Source: Tubiluchus corallicola (taxonomy: Eukaryota > Animalia > Priapulida). Taken from it: a stretch of DNA of 41,143 nt. A model generated the notes under the pieces. The model had not been told where the DNA came from, did not search any database, and saw only the letters and a program-made list of their open reading frames with translations. Both the position numbers and the translations under genes were made by a program. The stretch covers positions 1 through 41,143 of the forward strand of contig JAQGDQ010001439.1 of assembly GCA_030141605.1 (NCBI GenBank), read 5' to 3'. This document shows positions 38,771 to 41,143 of this stretch, one piece after another; position 1 is the stretch's first letter, and every line of letters starts with the position of its first letter.

Positions 38771-41143
38771 AGCAGTTTTATCTAGATGTATAGTGAAGTA
38801 TACTTCACACACTGTCACTTACAATAATCTTAGCAGTACTTTTCCTAGCAGTTTTATCTAGATGTATAGTGAAGTATACTTCACACACTGCCACTTACAA
38901 TAATCTTAGCAGTACTTTTCTTAGCAGTTTTATCTAGATGTATAGTGAAGTATGCTTCACACACTGCCACTTACAATAATCTTAGCAGTACTTTTCTTAG
39001 CAGTTTTATCTAGATGTATAGTGAAGTATACTTCACACACTGCCACTTACAATAATCTTAGCAGTACTTTTCCTTGCAGTTTTATCTAGATGTATAGTGA
39101 AGTATACTTCACACACTGCCACTTACAATAATCTTAGCAGTACTTTTCTTAGCAGTTTTATCTAGATGTATAGTGAAGTATACTTCACACACTGCCACTT
39201 ACAATAATCTTAGCAGTACTTTTCCTAGCAGTTTATCTAGATGTATAGTGAAGTATACTTCACACACTGCCACTTACAATAATCTTAGCAGTACTTTTCC
39301 TAGCAGTTTTATCTAGATGTATAGTGAAGTATACTTCACACACTGCCACTTACAATAATCTTAGCAGTACTTTTCCTAGCAGTTTTATCTAGATGTATAG
39401 TGAAGTATACTTCACACACTGCCACTTACAATAATCTTAGCAGTACTTTTCCTAGCAGTTTTATCTAGATGTATAGTGAAGTATGCTTCACACACTGTCA
39501 CTTACAATAATCTTAGCAGTACTTTTCCTAGCAGTTTTATCTAGATGTATAGTGAAGTATACTTCACACACTGCCACTTACAATAATCTTAGCAGTACTT
39601 TTCCTAGCAGTTTTATCTAGATGTATAGTGAAGTATACTTCACACACTGCCACTTACAATAATCTTAGCAGTACTTTTCCTAGCAGTTTTATCTAGATGT
39701 ATAGTGAAGTATACTTCACACACTGCCACTTACAATAATCTTAGCAGTACTTTTCCTAGCAGTTTTATCTAGATGTATAGTGAAGTATACTTCACACACT
39801 GCCACTTACAATAATCTTAGCAGTACTTTTCCTAGCAGTTTTATCTAGATGTATAGTGAAGTATACTTCACACACTGCCACTTACAATAATCTTAGCAGT
39901 ACTTTTCCTAGCAGTTTTATCTAGATGTATAGTGAAGTATACTTCACACACTGCCACTTACAATAATCTTAGCAGTACTTTTCCTTGCAGTTTTATCTAG
40001 ATGTATAGTGAAGTATACTTCACACACTGCCACTTACAATAATCTTAGCAGTACTTTTCCTAGCAGTTTTATCTAGATGTATAGTGAAGTATACTTCACA
40101 CACTGCCACTTACAATAATCTTAGCAGTACTTTTCCTAGCAGTTTTATCTAGATGTATAGTGAAGTATACTTCACACACTGCCACTTACAATAATCTTAG
40201 CAGTACTTTTCCTAGCAGTTTTATCTAGATGTATAGTGAAGTATACTTCACACACTGCCATTTACAATAATCTTAGCAGTACTTTTCCTAGCAGTTTTAT
40301 CTAGATGTATAGTGAAGTATGCTTCACACACTGCCACTTACAATAATCTTAGCAGTACTTTTCCTAGCAGTTTATCTAGATGTATAGTGAAGTATACTTC
40401 ACACACTGCCACTTGGAATAATCTTAGCAGTACTTTTCCTAGCAGTTTTATCTAGATGTATAGTGAAGTATACTTCACACACTGCCACTTACAATAATCT
40501 TAGCAGTACTTTTCCTAGCAGTTTTATCTAGATGTATAGTGAAGTATACTTCACACACTGCCACTTACAATAATCTTAGCAGTACTTTTCCTAGCAGTTT
40601 TATCTAGATGTATAGTGAAGTATACTTCACACACTGCCACTTACAATAATCTTAGCAGTACTTTTCCTAGCAGTTTTATCTAGATGTATAGTGAAGTATA
40701 CTTCACACACTGCCACTTACAATAATCTTAGCAGTACTTTTCCTAGCAGTTTTATCTAGATGTATAGTGAAGTATACTTCACACACTGCCACTTACAATA
40801 ATCTTAGCAGTACTTTTCCTAGCAGTTTTATCTAGATGTATAGTGAAGTATACTTCACACACTGCCACTTACAATAATCTTAGCAGTACTTTTCCTAGCA
40901 GTTTTATCTAGATGTATAGTGAAGTATACTTCACACACTGCCACTTACAATAATCTTAGCAGTACTTTCCTAGCAGTTTTATCTAGATGTATAGTGAAGT
41001 ATACTTCACACACTGCCACTTACAATAATCTTAGCAGTAATTTTCCTAGCAGTTTTATCTAGATGTATAGTGAAGTATACTTCACACACTGCCACTTACA
41101 ATAATCTTAGCAGTAATTTTCCTAGCAGTTTTATCTAGATGTA
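38771..41143. repeat. 76-bp satellite (at least 31 copies, runs off the window end)
   Basis: Unit AGCAGTTTTATCTAGATGTATAGTGAAGTATACTTCACACACTGCCACTTACAATAATCTTAGCAGTACTTTTCCT; very homogeneous. Confidence 0.98.

Overview
AT-rich, repeat-dense animal genomic DNA. It is probably invertebrate: the 5S-derived sequence resembles the spiralian type as I recall it. It is not prokaryotic and has no CRISPR array. Two spliced, convergently oriented protein-coding genes can be assembled by hand. (1) A complete 6-exon 15-hydroxyprostaglandin-dehydrogenase-like classical SDR on + (3574-10181, 268 aa). (2) A divergent FAM47-family gene on - (at least 37861 down to ~24424), which the ORF track shows only as fragments; its first exon and one internal junction are unresolved. 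The rest is a mosaic of transposon relics and tandem repeats. Transposon relics: three copies of a chimeric 5S rRNA-headed, RTE-tailed SINE, RTE and CR1-group LINE 3' ends, TTAA-flanked Kolobok-like and piggyBac-like MITEs, a hAT-like MITE, a long hairpin element and a solo LTR. Tandem repeats: about 20 micro/minisatellites, several with internal palindromes or higher-order structure. Most long ORFs in the track are translated simple repeats. No database searches were run; family assignments rest on motif recognition and recall.
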